This document shows positions 32,003-42,753 of a stretch of 64,000 bases of DNA, piece after piece. Each line of letters starts with the position of its first letter. The stretch's first letter is position 1. Source of the stretch: an uncultured Verrucomicrobiae bacterium (GTDB lineage: Bacteria > Verrucomicrobiota > Verrucomicrobiia > Chthoniobacterales > UBA10450); NCBI GenBank assembly GCA_963772365.1, contig CAVYXA010000001.1, positions 1,664,001 through 1,728,000 of the forward strand, written 5' to 3'. Both the position numbers and the translations under genes were made by a program. The notes under the pieces are model-generated. The model was given only the letters and a program-made list of their open reading frames with translations. It did not search any database and was not told the DNA's origin.

Positions 32003-33043
32003 ATGCGTTTCCGGACTTACACAAACACCGATCTGAAGGTCAGCGAAGTCGGATTTGGTCTCTGGACCATTTCGACTGGCTGGTGGGGAAATTTCACGGA
32101 AGGCGAGGCGATCGCGCTGATGCACAAGGCGTTCGATTTCGGGATGACGTTGTTTGATGCCGCTGATACTTACGGCAACGGCTTGAGCGAAGAGTTGATC
32201 GCGAAAGCGTTTCCGAATCAGCGCGACGACATCGTGATCGCGACAAAGGTTGGCTATGATTTTGTCCATCACGGCGAAGCGCGCGGGCGTGGGCAGCGTG
32301 AAATTCCGCAGGATTTTTCACCGGAAGCCATTCAGCGGGCAACGGATGCAGCGTTAAAACGGTTGAAGACCGATCGAATCGATCTTCTGCAACTGCACAA
32401 TATTCGAATGGAGCAGGTCGAGGACGACGCTCTTTGGAAAACGCTCAAGAAACTAAAATCCGCCGGGAAAGTGCGCTATTACGGAATTGCTCTCGGCCCG
32501 GCAATCGGATGGTTGTACGAAGGAGTTAATTGCATTCGGGAACGCGACATCACAAGCGTTCAGCACATTTACAACTTGCTCGAGCAACACCCCGGACGCG
32601 CAATGCAGAATGCTGCAACCGAGACTGGTAAGGACACGATGTTTCTAGTCCGCGTGACGCACTCATCGGGAATGCTCGAGGGCAAATACACCGCCGATAC
32701 TGTTTTTCCGCCCACGGACCATCGGAGTCACCGGCCTCGAAGCTGGCTGCTAAATGGAGTTAAGAAGATCGACAAGCTTCGGTTCGTGGAAAATCAGGGT
32801 CGGACGCTTGGCCAGGCAGCCTTGCAATGGTTGCTCGCAGATAAACGCGTCGCCTCGACATTGCCAAACATTTACAACGAAGAACAGCTCGTCGAGTTCG
32901 CGAAGGCGCCGGAAACAGCAGCGTTAACGAGTGAAGAAATGGCGAAGATCGACAATCTTTATTCGGACAACTTTGGTCTCGAACCGGAGCAACCGAAATT
33001 TAAGGGCACAATGGAATTGCCGCAGGAATCGGCAGCGGCCTGA
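32003..33043 (+). CDS. Aldo/keto reductase
   Basis: VSEVGFG, FDAADTYG, ATKVG and RLKTDRIDLLQLH motifs. Confidence 0.92.
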   Translation: MRFRTYTNTDLKVSEVGFGLWTISTGWWGNFTEGEAIALMHKAFDFGMTLFDAADTYGNGLSEELIAKAFPNQRDDIVIATKVGYDFVHHGEARGRGQREIPQDFSPEAIQRATDAALKRLKTDRIDLLQLHNIRMEQVEDDALWKTLKKLKSAGKVRYYGIALGPAIGWLYEGVNCIRERDITSVQHIYNLLEQHPGRAMQNAATETGKDTMFLVRVTHSSGMLEGKYTADTVFPPTDHRSHRPRSWLLNGVKKIDKLRFVENQGRTLGQAALQWLLADKRVASTLPNIYNEEQLVEFAKAPETAALTSEEMAKIDNLYSDNFGLEPEQPKFKGTMELPQESAAA

Positions 33044-33160
33044 GCCGATACTGCTGACTTCGCTCACTGACGCAGGTAAAGCGCAAGTCAGGTAATTTGA
33101 GCACCTTTCGAGGTGACGATACGCCACGCTGGAATTATGATCAGCGGTTCGGTTTTTCAT

Positions 33161-34570
33161 ATGCCTGTTAAGACGGAAAAGGATCTCGGCGAAACGCAGC
33201 GTAGCCTTTGGCTGAAGGCGGTCGCGGCGATTGAGCTGCGTAATTTTGGTTACGCGATTTCGCTTTTACAGGGCATACTTAAACTGGAGCCGGAATTTCT
33301 CACCGGCCGCCAATTGCTTCGTCGAACCGAGATCACACGAACCAAATCAGCTAAAAAAAGTCTGTTCAATATCTCCACCGCGCCGATCGCGGTAATGAAA
33401 GCGCAGCGCGAGATCAGGAAAGATCCGAACCGTGGGATGGAAATGCTGGAAAAGGTGCTGGAAAACGAACCTCACCATCGACAGGCAAATCTCGCCTTGA
33501 AAGAAGCAGCGGTGGCCGCGGGCTGGATCGAGATCGGCATTTTCGCATTGCGGACACTGCTCGAAGAAAACCCGCGCGACGTGAAAGTGCTCTACGAGCT
33601 GGGGCGTTTGCTTCAAGAGCTTGGCCAGAATGATGAAGCAGTCGAAGTTTATAATCGCATCACCGCAATTGATCCGCTCGATGCCGAGGCGCGTCGGCTG
33701 GGAAAAGATGCCTCGGCCCGAGCGTCTATGAAAACCGGCGGCTGGACCCAGGCCGAAAGTTATCGGGACCTGATCAAGGACAAGGAAGCGGCAATTTCGC
33801 TGGAACAACAGAGCCGGATGAAATTGAGCGGCGAAGGATTGGATCGACAAATCGCTGAGGCCCAGAAACGTCACGAGGCGGACCCGAACAATGTCGATGT
33901 AGTCCGGCAGCTCGGAATGTTGAACGAAGCGAAGGAAGATTTCGGAGCTGCGATCGACTGGTATCAATGTGCCGCCGACCTGACCAAGGGCGCGGACACA
34001 GGTTTGGTGCGCAAAGTCGCCGATCTCAAGGTCAGGCAATTAGAGAAGGAAATCACCATGCACGAGGAATACATCGCCACGCATCCACGTGATGATAAGC
34101 GGCTGGCCGAAACCACTGAAAAGTTAAGAGCGGCCAGGCAGAAACGCGCGGAGATGCAGATCGCGGATGCGCGCGACCGCGCCGCCCGCAATCCAACTGA
34201 TCTCCAGCTTCGCTTTGAATTAGGAGAATGCCTGGTGAACGCCGGACATTTTCGTCAGGCTTTGCCGGAGTTACAGCGCGCCCGGCAAAACCCAAATGCC
34301 CGGCTGAAAGCGATGAACTTGCTTGGGCGCTGTTATGCCGAGCAGGGAATGCTCGATTTGGCCATGAAACAGTTGGAAGAAGCGTCGAAGGAAATCCTGT
34401 CGATGGACGGAATGAAAAAAGAAATCGTTTACAATCTCGGCCTGGTTTACGAGCGAATGGGTGAACGCGAAAAATCACTCAACTGCCTTAAGCAGATCTA
34501 TGAGGCCGACTACGGTTACAAAGACGTGGCGAATCGCGTGGAAAGCTCGTACGCTCAGAATCCACCCTAA
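33161..34570 (+). CDS. Tetratricopeptide repeat protein
   Basis: Multiple TPR-like helical repeats; ends IYEADYGYKDV. Confidence 0.8.
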   Translation: MPVKTEKDLGETQRSLWLKAVAAIELRNFGYAISLLQGILKLEPEFLTGRQLLRRTEITRTKSAKKSLFNISTAPIAVMKAQREIRKDPNRGMEMLEKVLENEPHHRQANLALKEAAVAAGWIEIGIFALRTLLEENPRDVKVLYELGRLLQELGQNDEAVEVYNRITAIDPLDAEARRLGKDASARASMKTGGWTQAESYRDLIKDKEAAISLEQQSRMKLSGEGLDRQIAEAQKRHEADPNNVDVVRQLGMLNEAKEDFGAAIDWYQCAADLTKGADTGLVRKVADLKVRQLEKEITMHEEYIATHPRDDKRLAETTEKLRAARQKRAEMQIADARDRAARNPTDLQLRFELGECLVNAGHFRQALPELQRARQNPNARLKAMNLLGRCYAEQGMLDLAMKQLEEASKEILSMDGMKKEIVYNLGLVYERMGEREKSLNCLKQIYEADYGYKDVANRVESSYAQNPP

Positions 34571-34811
34571 GCTGAACCGCGAAGAAATGTCGATCTTGCG
34601 GGTGTCAACCCGTTGGGCGGCGAAGGCGTGTCCCGGAGCCGAGATCGAATTTGCCGCGTCTAGGCAGTCGAGAGTTTGCGATTCCTTGAATATCAACTCG
34701 TCGAATTTGCGGGGTGAAGCTTCCGAGCGAATGAGAGGTAACAGCTTTGTTACGTTTCAGAAGTTGAGAGCTTCGCTCATGTGTTTCAACTGAAAATCAA
34801 GGAGCTAATTT

Positions 34812-35963
34812 ATGAACAGCATCAATCATAAAATAAGATCGATCGTTATTTCGCGGTTTTGCCATTTTTCTCTCCTAATCGCATTCTTTGGTCTCGCCGG
34901 ACTGGCAGCCGCCCAACGGAGACCGATAAGAAACTTCCGAGAAACAGGAAGCGAAGGCGACAGCGCGCTGTACGCTGTCGATGCTCTTTCGTCGAACGAC
35001 GTGTGGGCAGTCGGCTATAAATATCAGGGTTCGCAAAGCTTTCCTCTCGTCGAGCATTGGGACGGCACTGCCTGGAGCATCATTCCAAATCCCCCTAACG
35101 TTGAGCAAAGTCAGATGTACGGTGTAGCAGCGGTCGCACCTGACGATGTTTGGATTGTCGGCCAAACGTGGGTGGTAAGCGACAGAGCGTACGTCTTGCA
35201 TTGGGACGGTACGAGTTTGCAATCAGTCTCGCCAGCCAACCCCGGCTCTTACGTTGCATTCTATGATGTGGCCGCGGTCGCGCCGAACGACGTTTGGGCG
35301 GTTGGCACGTCCTCTTCGAATGGCCACGATTACTTTACGCTGGTCGAGCACTGGAACGGTGTGAATTGGAGTGTTGTCCCCAGCGCGAGCGGTACCTATG
35401 ACACGCTGACCGGAATCTCGGTCGTATCGGCTAATGATATTTGGGCAGTCGGCTGGGGCCTCACTAACGCCGAGATTCTGCACTGGAACGGTCAGTCGTG
35501 GACGTTCTCCCCCTCTGGGTCGGTTGGAAATTACGCAATCTTCTCTGGCGCAGCGGCCATTGCACCGAACGACGTTTGGGCGTTCGGTGGCGGGAGCGGC
35601 AGGCCGTTGGCTGATCATTGGAATGGTTCAGTCTGGCATCTTTCGCCCACACCGCGAATGACAGGCGACGGCAATTCCGTCAATGACGGAGCCGCATTGG
35701 CAAGCAACGATGTTTGGGCAGTAGGCCAATCCTTTGCCCTGGGGAACGCATGGCATACCTTCGCCATGCACTATGACGGAACTCGCTGGCGAAAGGTGAG
35801 GACGCCGAGCCCCGGTAGCGGTGAATCTTACACGAACATTCTCAATGGTGTTTGTGCAATTGCACCTGGCGACGTTTGGGCCGTCGGGGTTGGCAACCAG
35901 GCTATGACGATGCATTGGGACGGCCAACGCTGGACAGTAATTCCGAATCCCGCTGCGAACTAG
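34812..35963 (+). CDS. Secreted beta-propeller repeat protein
   Basis: RBS AGGAG, signal peptide, seven (N/D)D(V/I)WA(V/F)G...H(W/Y)(D/N)G..W repeats. Confidence 0.8.
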   Translation: MNSINHKIRSIVISRFCHFSLLIAFFGLAGLAAAQRRPIRNFRETGSEGDSALYAVDALSSNDVWAVGYKYQGSQSFPLVEHWDGTAWSIIPNPPNVEQSQMYGVAAVAPDDVWIVGQTWVVSDRAYVLHWDGTSLQSVSPANPGSYVAFYDVAAVAPNDVWAVGTSSSNGHDYFTLVEHWNGVNWSVVPSASGTYDTLTGISVVSANDIWAVGWGLTNAEILHWNGQSWTFSPSGSVGNYAIFSGAAAIAPNDVWAFGGGSGRPLADHWNGSVWHLSPTPRMTGDGNSVNDGAALASNDVWAVGQSFALGNAWHTFAMHYDGTRWRKVRTPSPGSGESYTNILNGVCAIAPGDVWAVGVGNQAMTMHWDGQRWTVIPNPAAN

Positions 35964-36158
35964 CCGCACCCGAGAGTTGCCCTCCGACACATCCGTGTGG
36001 ACGAGTCGTTAAGATCTGGATCCAGCGGAGATCGAAATCACATCACCGTAGCAACCGTTTCAGCAGACTGCGTATCGTCCGCTAAAACGCGCTGATCGCA
36101 TTTCCCACATTTGCGCTGCGTTGAAGCTCGGTGTTAATGGATTCCAATCTCGTAATTC

Positions 36159-37562
36159 GTGCGCAAAACGAAAATCATCTGCACACTCGGTCCAGCTACT
36201 CAGCAAAAGGATGTGTTGCGGCAATTAATCGAAAAGGGCGCGGACATTTTTCGATTGAACATGAGCCACGCCACTCACGAGTGGGTGGGCCGCATCGTCC
36301 CGCAAATCCGCGAGCTGGCGCGCAAGGCCGGGCGGTCCATCGCTATTCTGCTGGATACTCAAGGCCCGGCCATTCGCACCGGCGATTTGAAAACAAATCT
36401 GCACCTGAAACCGGGCGACATTTTGGAATTTACCGTGCGCGGAGCGAAAAAGACCAAACCCTATTCGGTAGGCGTAAATTACGGTGGGTTTGTTGATAAC
36501 GTTTCCGTCGGCAATACCATTTTGGTCGATAACGGCCTGATCGAGATGCTGGTGGTCGAGAAACGACGCAACCGTGTGATTTGCAAAGTCCTGAACCGCG
36601 CCCTGCTCGGGTCGCGCCGGCATATTAATCTTCCGGGAATACATGTGAAGCTCCCGCCGTTAACGCGAAAAGACATTGTCGATGTTAGCTTTGGCGTCGA
36701 ACTGGGAATCGATTTTATCGGAATGAGTTTTGTTCGCGAAAAAGGCGATATCAAAGAATTGCGCCGTTTGCTGGCCAGGAAAAAGAGCAAAGCTCTGATT
36801 GTGGCCAAAATCGAAGATCAACTTGCCGTTCGTTCGATCGACAAAATCATCGAATGCGCGGACGCGATCATGGTGGCGCGAGGCGATCTTGGGATCGAAT
36901 GCCCGATGGAAGAATTGCCGATTATCCAGCGCCGGATCGTGAAGAGTTGCATCCGTCTGGGCAAACCAGTGATCGTCGCGACCCAGATGCTGGAATCGAT
37001 GATTTTGAATCCATTGCCCACTCGGGCCGAGATTACTGATGTGGCCAATGCAGTCTTCGAGCAGGCGGATGCGATTATGTTGAGTGGAGAAACAACCATC
37101 GGCCGTTATCCAGTCGAATGCGTCGAAGTATTGAACCGCGTAGCCCGGCGGATCGAGCGCAGCGGCGGGGCCGGTTATGCCGAAGATGCGTTGCTGGAAA
37201 ATGATCGGCAGAAAACGGTCGCCTCTGCTGTTCTGCTCGCCAATTCACTACATGATTCCAAGCTGGTCGTGTTTACCAGACATGGACGAATGGCCAGATA
37301 CGTCTCGAATTTGCGACCGCAGCACGCGCCTATTTTCGCTTTCACTGAAAGCGAACAAGTCTATCACCAACTGGCCTTGTATTGGGGGACGGTCCCGATC
37401 CGGATCGATTTTAGCAAAGAACCGAACGCAACGATCGAAGCCGCCGAACGTTATCTTCGAAAGAATAAGCTGGCCGCCCGAGGCAATCGCCTGGTGGTGA
37501 TCAGTGACATCGAATGGGGCCGAACCCTGGTCGATTGCGTCCAGTTACGGATCGCAAAGTGA
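36159..37562 (+). CDS. pyk: Pyruvate kinase
   Basis: RKTKIICTLGP, RLNMSH, AKIE, MVARGDLG, ATQMLESM and MLSGET motifs. Confidence 0.97.
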   Translation: MRKTKIICTLGPATQQKDVLRQLIEKGADIFRLNMSHATHEWVGRIVPQIRELARKAGRSIAILLDTQGPAIRTGDLKTNLHLKPGDILEFTVRGAKKTKPYSVGVNYGGFVDNVSVGNTILVDNGLIEMLVVEKRRNRVICKVLNRALLGSRRHINLPGIHVKLPPLTRKDIVDVSFGVELGIDFIGMSFVREKGDIKELRRLLARKKSKALIVAKIEDQLAVRSIDKIIECADAIMVARGDLGIECPMEELPIIQRRIVKSCIRLGKPVIVATQMLESMILNPLPTRAEITDVANAVFEQADAIMLSGETTIGRYPVECVEVLNRVARRIERSGGAGYAEDALLENDRQKTVASAVLLANSLHDSKLVVFTRHGRMARYVSNLRPQHAPIFAFTESEQVYHQLALYWGTVPIRIDFSKEPNATIEAAERYLRKNKLAARGNRLVVISDIEWGRTLVDCVQLRIAK

Positions 37563-37572
37563 ATATTCATCT

Positions 37573-37690
37573 CGTCATTCCGAGCGAAGTGAAGCCCAGC
37601 GAACGAAGTCGAAGAATCCCGCGGAATAAGCCCCCAGGTTGCGCAACGGGATCCCTCGACTGCGCTGCGCTGCGCTCGCTCGGGATGACG
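37573..37690. repeat. REP-like inverted doublet (GTCAT family variant) between convergent pyk and sigma genes
   Basis: CGTCATTCCGAGCGA ... TCGCTCGGGATGACG. Confidence 0.8.
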
Positions 37691-37697
37691 GTGGGGT

Positions 37698-38552
37698 CTA
37701 AGCTTCGACCGGCAATTCGACGTCCACCGGGCGCTCTTTCTTGCTCAGAGCGCGACGCAATTTCGACAGCGCGATGTTTTGCAATTGCCGAATTCGTTCG
37801 CGGGTGACGCCGAATTTCTTGCCGACTTCCTCGAGCGTCTTTGGCTTGCCGCCGTCGAGCCCGAAGCGCTGGAAGATGATTTTCTTCTCGCGATCGTCGA
37901 GCACATCCAGCAAACCGCCCACTTCGTTGCGCAGGTTCTTGTCGCGCAAAAGTTCAAACGGCGTCTGCGCCTCTTCATCGCCGACAATCTCGCCAAATTC
38001 AGTCGAATCATCATCGCTGATCGGAGCGTCGAGCGAAGCCGGCCGGATCGACACGGTCTTCAACTGCGACACTTTTCCGGCAGCAATTCCGATCTCGTCA
38101 CCGAGCTCTTCATCGGTCGGCTCGCGGCCGAGCTCCTCGCTCATTTGCAACGAAACCCGGCGCATCTTGGAAATTTTATCGACCAGATGAACCGGCAACC
38201 GAATCGTCTTTGACTGATTGGCCAGAGCCCGCTTGATCGATTGTTTGATCCACCATGCAGCGTAGGTCGAAAGCTTCCCGCCCTTCGCCGGGTCGAAACG
38301 CTCGACGGCTTTCATCAAACCGATGTTTCCTTCCGAGATCAAATCGAGCAGCGGAAGACCGAGATTGGCGTAATCGTGCGCAATCTTCACGACCAGTCGC
38401 AGGTTAGACCTAATCATGAGCGCACGCGCCTCGCGGTCGCCCTTCTTGATTTTGGCGGCCAGCTCGATCTCCTGTTGCGGAGTCAAAAGCGGGATCTGCC
38501 CGATCTCGCGCAGGTAAATCTTTATTCCAGTATCGCTATCTTCAGCGGCCAT
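37698..38552 (-). CDS. Sigma-70 family factor (RpoD/RpoS-like, lacking region 1.1)
   Basis: YLREIG, NLRLVV, DLISEGNIGL, STYAAWWIKQ and TRERIRQ motifs. Confidence 0.93.
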   Translation of the reverse strand: MAAEDSDTGIKIYLREIGQIPLLTPQQEIELAAKIKKGDREARALMIRSNLRLVVKIAHDYANLGLPLLDLISEGNIGLMKAVERFDPAKGGKLSTYAAWWIKQSIKRALANQSKTIRLPVHLVDKISKMRRVSLQMSEELGREPTDEELGDEIGIAAGKVSQLKTVSIRPASLDAPISDDDSTEFGEIVGDEEAQTPFELLRDKNLRNEVGGLLDVLDDREKKIIFQRFGLDGGKPKTLEEVGKKFGVTRERIRQLQNIALSKLRRALSKKERPVDVELPVEA

Positions 38553-38660
38553 ATAACTTCTCTTCATGAATCGTTGGGGGGACGGGGGGTTGATTTAGCA
38601 AGTTTGCGGCGGTTTCATCCGCCGAAGCCTCGTAAATCAGACCTATAAACATTTACCAAC

Positions 38661-38679
38661 TATTTAACAAGGTTAAATA
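38661..38679. promoter_or_regulatory. AT-rich inverted repeat, candidate operator upstream of the sigma gene
   Basis: TATTTAAC-AAG-GTTAAATA, perfect 8-3-8 palindrome. Confidence 0.4.
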
Positions 38680-38928
38680 TTCGCATCTCAGACAGGCCCC
38701 GGACGCCTCTTGTTCAAACTTTTTCCAGTCCGCGAGAAGCAGCTAAAAAGAAGCGTGCTCCACAGACTTCCTGACCTCGATTTGTCCTTCCCTCCTTACT
38801 AAGATCGGCTCAGCTATTCCGCTTGGTTCCACCAGAGAAATGGCTTCTCCATCGAACGCGGAGAACTACCGCTCTCCAGTCCGCGATTGACCTTTTCCTC
38901 CCCCGCAATCTTTGACAACCTGAACCGC

Positions 38929-40500
38929 GTGACGTTGGCGAAATTTTATTCGGCTGCGGTTTACGGCGTCGATGCGTATGAAATAGAGATTGAAGTTAAT
39001 GGCGCCGGCGGTCTTCCGGCGATTGTGGTCGTTGGTTTGCCCGATACTGCGGTCAAGGAGAGCCGCGACCGGGTGACGACCGCGATCCAGAACAGCGGTT
39101 ACTATTGGCCGCGCGGCCGGACCACAGTGAATCTGGCGCCGGCCGATATTAAAAAGGAAGGACCGAGTTTCGATCTGCCGATTGCGCTCGGTATGATTGC
39201 GGTAAGCGAAGAGATCGATACCAGCGCCTTCCAGGATTTCAGCTTCGTGGGCGAGCTGGCGTTGGATGGCGCCATTCGCCCGGTCAAAGGTGTCCTGCCA
39301 GTGGCTTTGGAAGCCAGACGCCGCGGCAAGCGCGCATTGTTTGTTCCGGAAGCCAATGCCCGGGAAGCGGCTATGGTAGATAAGATCGACATCTATGGTG
39401 TCCAGAATCTTCGGCAAACCTTTCAATTTCTGCGAGGTGAGATTGCGTTGTTGCCGACACGCGGCGATCTCAGTGAATTTTTCTCCAAGCATCAAAACTA
39501 CGACGTCGATTTCAGCGACGTGAAAGGCCAGGGACACGTCAAACGCGCGATCGAAGTGGCGGTTGCCGGCGGTCACAATGTCTTGATGATCGGTCCGCCG
39601 GGTTCCGGGAAATCGATGCTGGCCAAACGGATCCCGACGATCATTCCACCGATGTCGATTGATGAGGCAATCGAGACCACAAAAATTCACAGCGTGGCCG
39701 GCTTGCTCCACGACGACAAGTCATTCGTGGCCACTCGCCCCTTTCGATCGCCGCATCACACCATTTCGGATGTTGGATTGTTAGGCGGATCGGCGACGCC
39801 TGCCCCGGGCGAAGTCAGCCTCGCTCACAACGGTGTGTTGTTCCTCGACGAACTGCCCGAGTTCAAGAGATCGGCTTTGGAAGTGATGCGTCAACCAATC
39901 GAGGACGGAAAGGTCACGATTTCACGAGCAGCGGGCAGCGTTACGTTTCCGTGTGAGTTCATGCTGGTCGCAGCAATGAATCCCTGCCCATGCGGATATT
40001 TTGGCGATTTGAAGCGCGAATGCCGCTGCAGCCCGACTCATGTGCAACGCTACAGACAACGGATTTCCGGACCGCTGCTCGACCGAATCGATCTGCACAT
40101 CGAAGTGCCTGCCGTGGAGTATCGCGATGTGGCCAGCGAGCGGGTCGAGGAAGCATCAAGCGCAATCCGCGAACGGGTGAGTCGGGCCCGACAAATTCAG
40201 CAGGATCGTTTCCAGAAAGACCGAAGAACAAGTTGTAACGCCCGCATGGTCACGCGACACCTCAAACAAAGTTGCAAATTGAGCGCCGATTCGCAGGAAC
40301 TCATTCGCGTCGCGATGACAGAACTGAATCTCAGCGCTCGCGCTTACGATCGAATCCTAAAGGTGTCCCGCACCATTGCCGATCTCGATGGCAAGTCCGC
40401 CAGTCGGACGGACTCGTCCGTTGGCGAGATCGACATTGCGCCGGAACACGTCAGCGAAGCGATTCAATACCGCACCTTCGATCGGACGCTTTGGGTCTGA
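38929..40500 (+). CDS. comM: YifB/ComM Mg-chelatase-like AAA+ ATPase
   Basis: [32 protein letters not shown] and NPCPCG motifs. Confidence 0.93.
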   Translation: MTLAKFYSAAVYGVDAYEIEIEVNGAGGLPAIVVVGLPDTAVKESRDRVTTAIQNSGYYWPRGRTTVNLAPADIKKEGPSFDLPIALGMIAVSEEIDTSAFQDFSFVGELALDGAIRPVKGVLPVALEARRRGKRALFVPEANAREAAMVDKIDIYGVQNLRQTFQFLRGEIALLPTRGDLSEFFSKHQNYDVDFSDVKGQGHVKRAIEVAVAGGHNVLMIGPPGSGKSMLAKRIPTIIPPMSIDEAIETTKIHSVAGLLHDDKSFVATRPFRSPHHTISDVGLLGGSATPAPGEVSLAHNGVLFLDELPEFKRSALEVMRQPIEDGKVTISRAAGSVTFPCEFMLVAAMNPCPCGYFGDLKRECRCSPTHVQRYRQRISGPLLDRIDLHIEVPAVEYRDVASERVEEASSAIRERVSRARQIQQDRFQKDRRTSCNARMVTRHLKQSCKLSADSQELIRVAMTELNLSARAYDRILKVSRTIADLDGKSASRTDSSVGEIDIAPEHVSEAIQYRTFDRTLWV

Positions 40501-40553
40501 TCGACTGGACGATGGACTCTTGAAGTTCGGTTCCGCGCCGTGGATTATTCGGA

Positions 40554-42749
40554 ATGCGAAAAATAGTCTGGGTAACTGTTATCGTCTGCGGGATTTTCAC
40601 TAACTCGAAGTCGATCTTGCACGCTGCTGCAAAATCGCCATCAAAGACCAAACCGATGACGACGAATCCGTTGCTTTCCGAAAGCAAACTCCCGTTTCAC
40701 CTGCCACCGTTCGACCGGATCCGAAACGGTGATTTTGCACCCGCTTTCGAGAAAGGCATGACCGAGGAGTTGAAGGAAGTAAAGAAGATCGCGGACAATC
40801 CAGACAAGCCGACTTTCGAAAACACGATCGTGGCCATGGAACGCGCAGGCATTTTGCTCGGGCGCGTGGACCGGATTTTCTCAAGCCTGGCCGCATGCAA
40901 CACAAATCCCGAAATTCAGAAAACCGAGAAGGACATGGCGCCCAAACTCGCCGCGCACGAGGACGAGATTCATTTAAACAAGCAACTCTTCGATCGGGTA
41001 CAAGCGATTTACGACAAGCGTGATGAGCTGAATCTCGATCCAGAATCGAAATGGCTGGTCGAACGATATTACAAAGATTTCGTCAGGGCTGGCTCCAAGC
41101 TCTCCGAGCCGGACAAAGCGAAATTGAAGGCCATGAACACGGAGCTGGCCGAACTTCAGACCACGTTCGCGCAAAATGTTCTGAAGGAGAAAAACGCTTC
41201 TGCCATCGTGATCGACGATCGATCGCAATTAAAGGGTATGTCCGACGCGGAGATTTCGGCCGCCGCAGCCGATGCAAAAGCCCAAGGTAAGGAAGGTAAA
41301 TTTGTAATCGCACTGCAAAACACGACCGGTCAACCTCCGCTGACTTCGTTGCAGAATCGACAGTTGCGGGAAAAGATCATGGAGACATCGCTGGCCAGGA
41401 ATAATCACGGCGGCGAGTTCGACAACCGCGCGGTGGTGTTGCGCATGGTGAAATTGCGCGCAGAACGCGCTGCCCTGCTCGGTTATCCCAATCACGCGGC
41501 CTATCAATTGGAAGATCAGACGGCCAAGAACATCGAGACTGTAAACAAACTGCTTGAGCAAATCGCGCCTCCGGCGGTGGCTAATGCCCGGCGGGAAGCA
41601 GTCGAGATGCAAAAAATCATCGATGAAGAGAAAGGCGGCTTCCAGCTAGGTTCGTGGGATTGGGCATTCTATGCGGAGAAAATCCGGCAGAAACAGTACG
41701 CCTTTGACGAGTCGGAGGTGAAACCATACTTCGACCTGAACCACGTCCTGCTCGATGGCGTTTTCTTCGCAGCGAATAAACTTTACGGAATCACGTTTAA
41801 AGAGCGACACGATCTGCCGGTATATCAGCCGGACGTGCGCGTGTTCGAAGTAAGCGATAAAGACGGCAAACCGCTGGCCTTGTTTCTGGCGGATTATTAT
41901 GCGCGCCCATCCAAACGCGGCGGCGCCTGGATGAACGCGTATGTCCAGCAGAGTGAGCTGTTGGGCCTGAAACCGGTCGTGGCGAATCATCTGAACATTC
42001 CCAAGCCCCCGGCTGGCGAGCCGACTCTGCTCACGTTCGATGAGGTCACCACCATGTTTCACGAGTTCGGACACGCGCTCCACGGGATGTTTTCGCACGT
42101 GAAGTATCCGCGGTTCAGCGGGACGAGTGTGCCGCGCGACTTCGTGGAGTTTCCCTCGCAGGTAAACGAGATGTGGGCGACCTGGCCGGAAGTGTTGAAG
42201 AATTACGCGAAGCATTATCAAACGGGGAAACCGATGCCGCAGGAATTGCTCGATAAAGTCGTCGAGTCGGCGCGCAGATTCGATCAGGGATTCAAGACGA
42301 CGGAATACCTCGAGCCCACCATTCTCGACCAGGCCTGGCATCAACTGTCACCAGATCAGATCCCGACCGACGTTCTCGCATTCGAATCCGCAGCGTTAAA
42401 AAAGGCGAATGTTGATTTTGCGGCGGTACCCCCGCGTTATCGGAGTACCTATTTTTCGCACGCTTTCGCGGGCGGTTACTCGGCCGGTTATTATTCCTAC
42501 ATCTGGAGCGAAGTGCTGGATGCGGACACGGTTGAATGGTTCAAACAAAATGGCGGGCTGAAACGGGAAAATGGCGATCGTTTTCGCGACTTTCTTTTAT
42601 CGCGCGGTGGCAGCGACGATGTCATGAAATTTTTCCGTAACTTCACCGGACGGGAACCGTATATCGAGCCGCTCTTGAAACGCCGCGGCCTGGAATCGGC
42701 GCCGCCGGCAAAGGCGCACGATGAAGCGCCGCAACCGGACAAAGATTAA
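40554..42749 (+). CDS. dcp: M3 peptidyl-dipeptidase Dcp, with signal peptide
   Basis: KRGGAWM, FHEFGHALH, DFVEFPSQ and GYSAGYYSY motifs. Confidence 0.92.
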   Translation: MRKIVWVTVIVCGIFTNSKSILHAAAKSPSKTKPMTTNPLLSESKLPFHLPPFDRIRNGDFAPAFEKGMTEELKEVKKIADNPDKPTFENTIVAMERAGILLGRVDRIFSSLAACNTNPEIQKTEKDMAPKLAAHEDEIHLNKQLFDRVQAIYDKRDELNLDPESKWLVERYYKDFVRAGSKLSEPDKAKLKAMNTELAELQTTFAQNVLKEKNASAIVIDDRSQLKGMSDAEISAAAADAKAQGKEGKFVIALQNTTGQPPLTSLQNRQLREKIMETSLARNNHGGEFDNRAVVLRMVKLRAERAALLGYPNHAAYQLEDQTAKNIETVNKLLEQIAPPAVANARREAVEMQKIIDEEKGGFQLGSWDWAFYAEKIRQKQYAFDESEVKPYFDLNHVLLDGVFFAANKLYGITFKERHDLPVYQPDVRVFEVSDKDGKPLALFLADYYARPSKRGGAWMNAYVQQSELLGLKPVVANHLNIPKPPAGEPTLLTFDEVTTMFHEFGHALHGMFSHVKYPRFSGTSVPRDFVEFPSQVNEMWATWPEVLKNYAKHYQTGKPMPQELLDKVVESARRFDQGFKTTEYLEPTILDQAWHQLSPDQIPTDVLAFESAALKKANVDFAAVPPRYRSTYFSHAFAGGYSAGYYSYIWSEVLDADTVEWFKQNGGLKRENGDRFRDFLLSRGGSDDVMKFFRNFTGREPYIEPLLKRRGLESAPPAKAHDEAPQPDKD

Positions 42750-42753
42750 TTTC

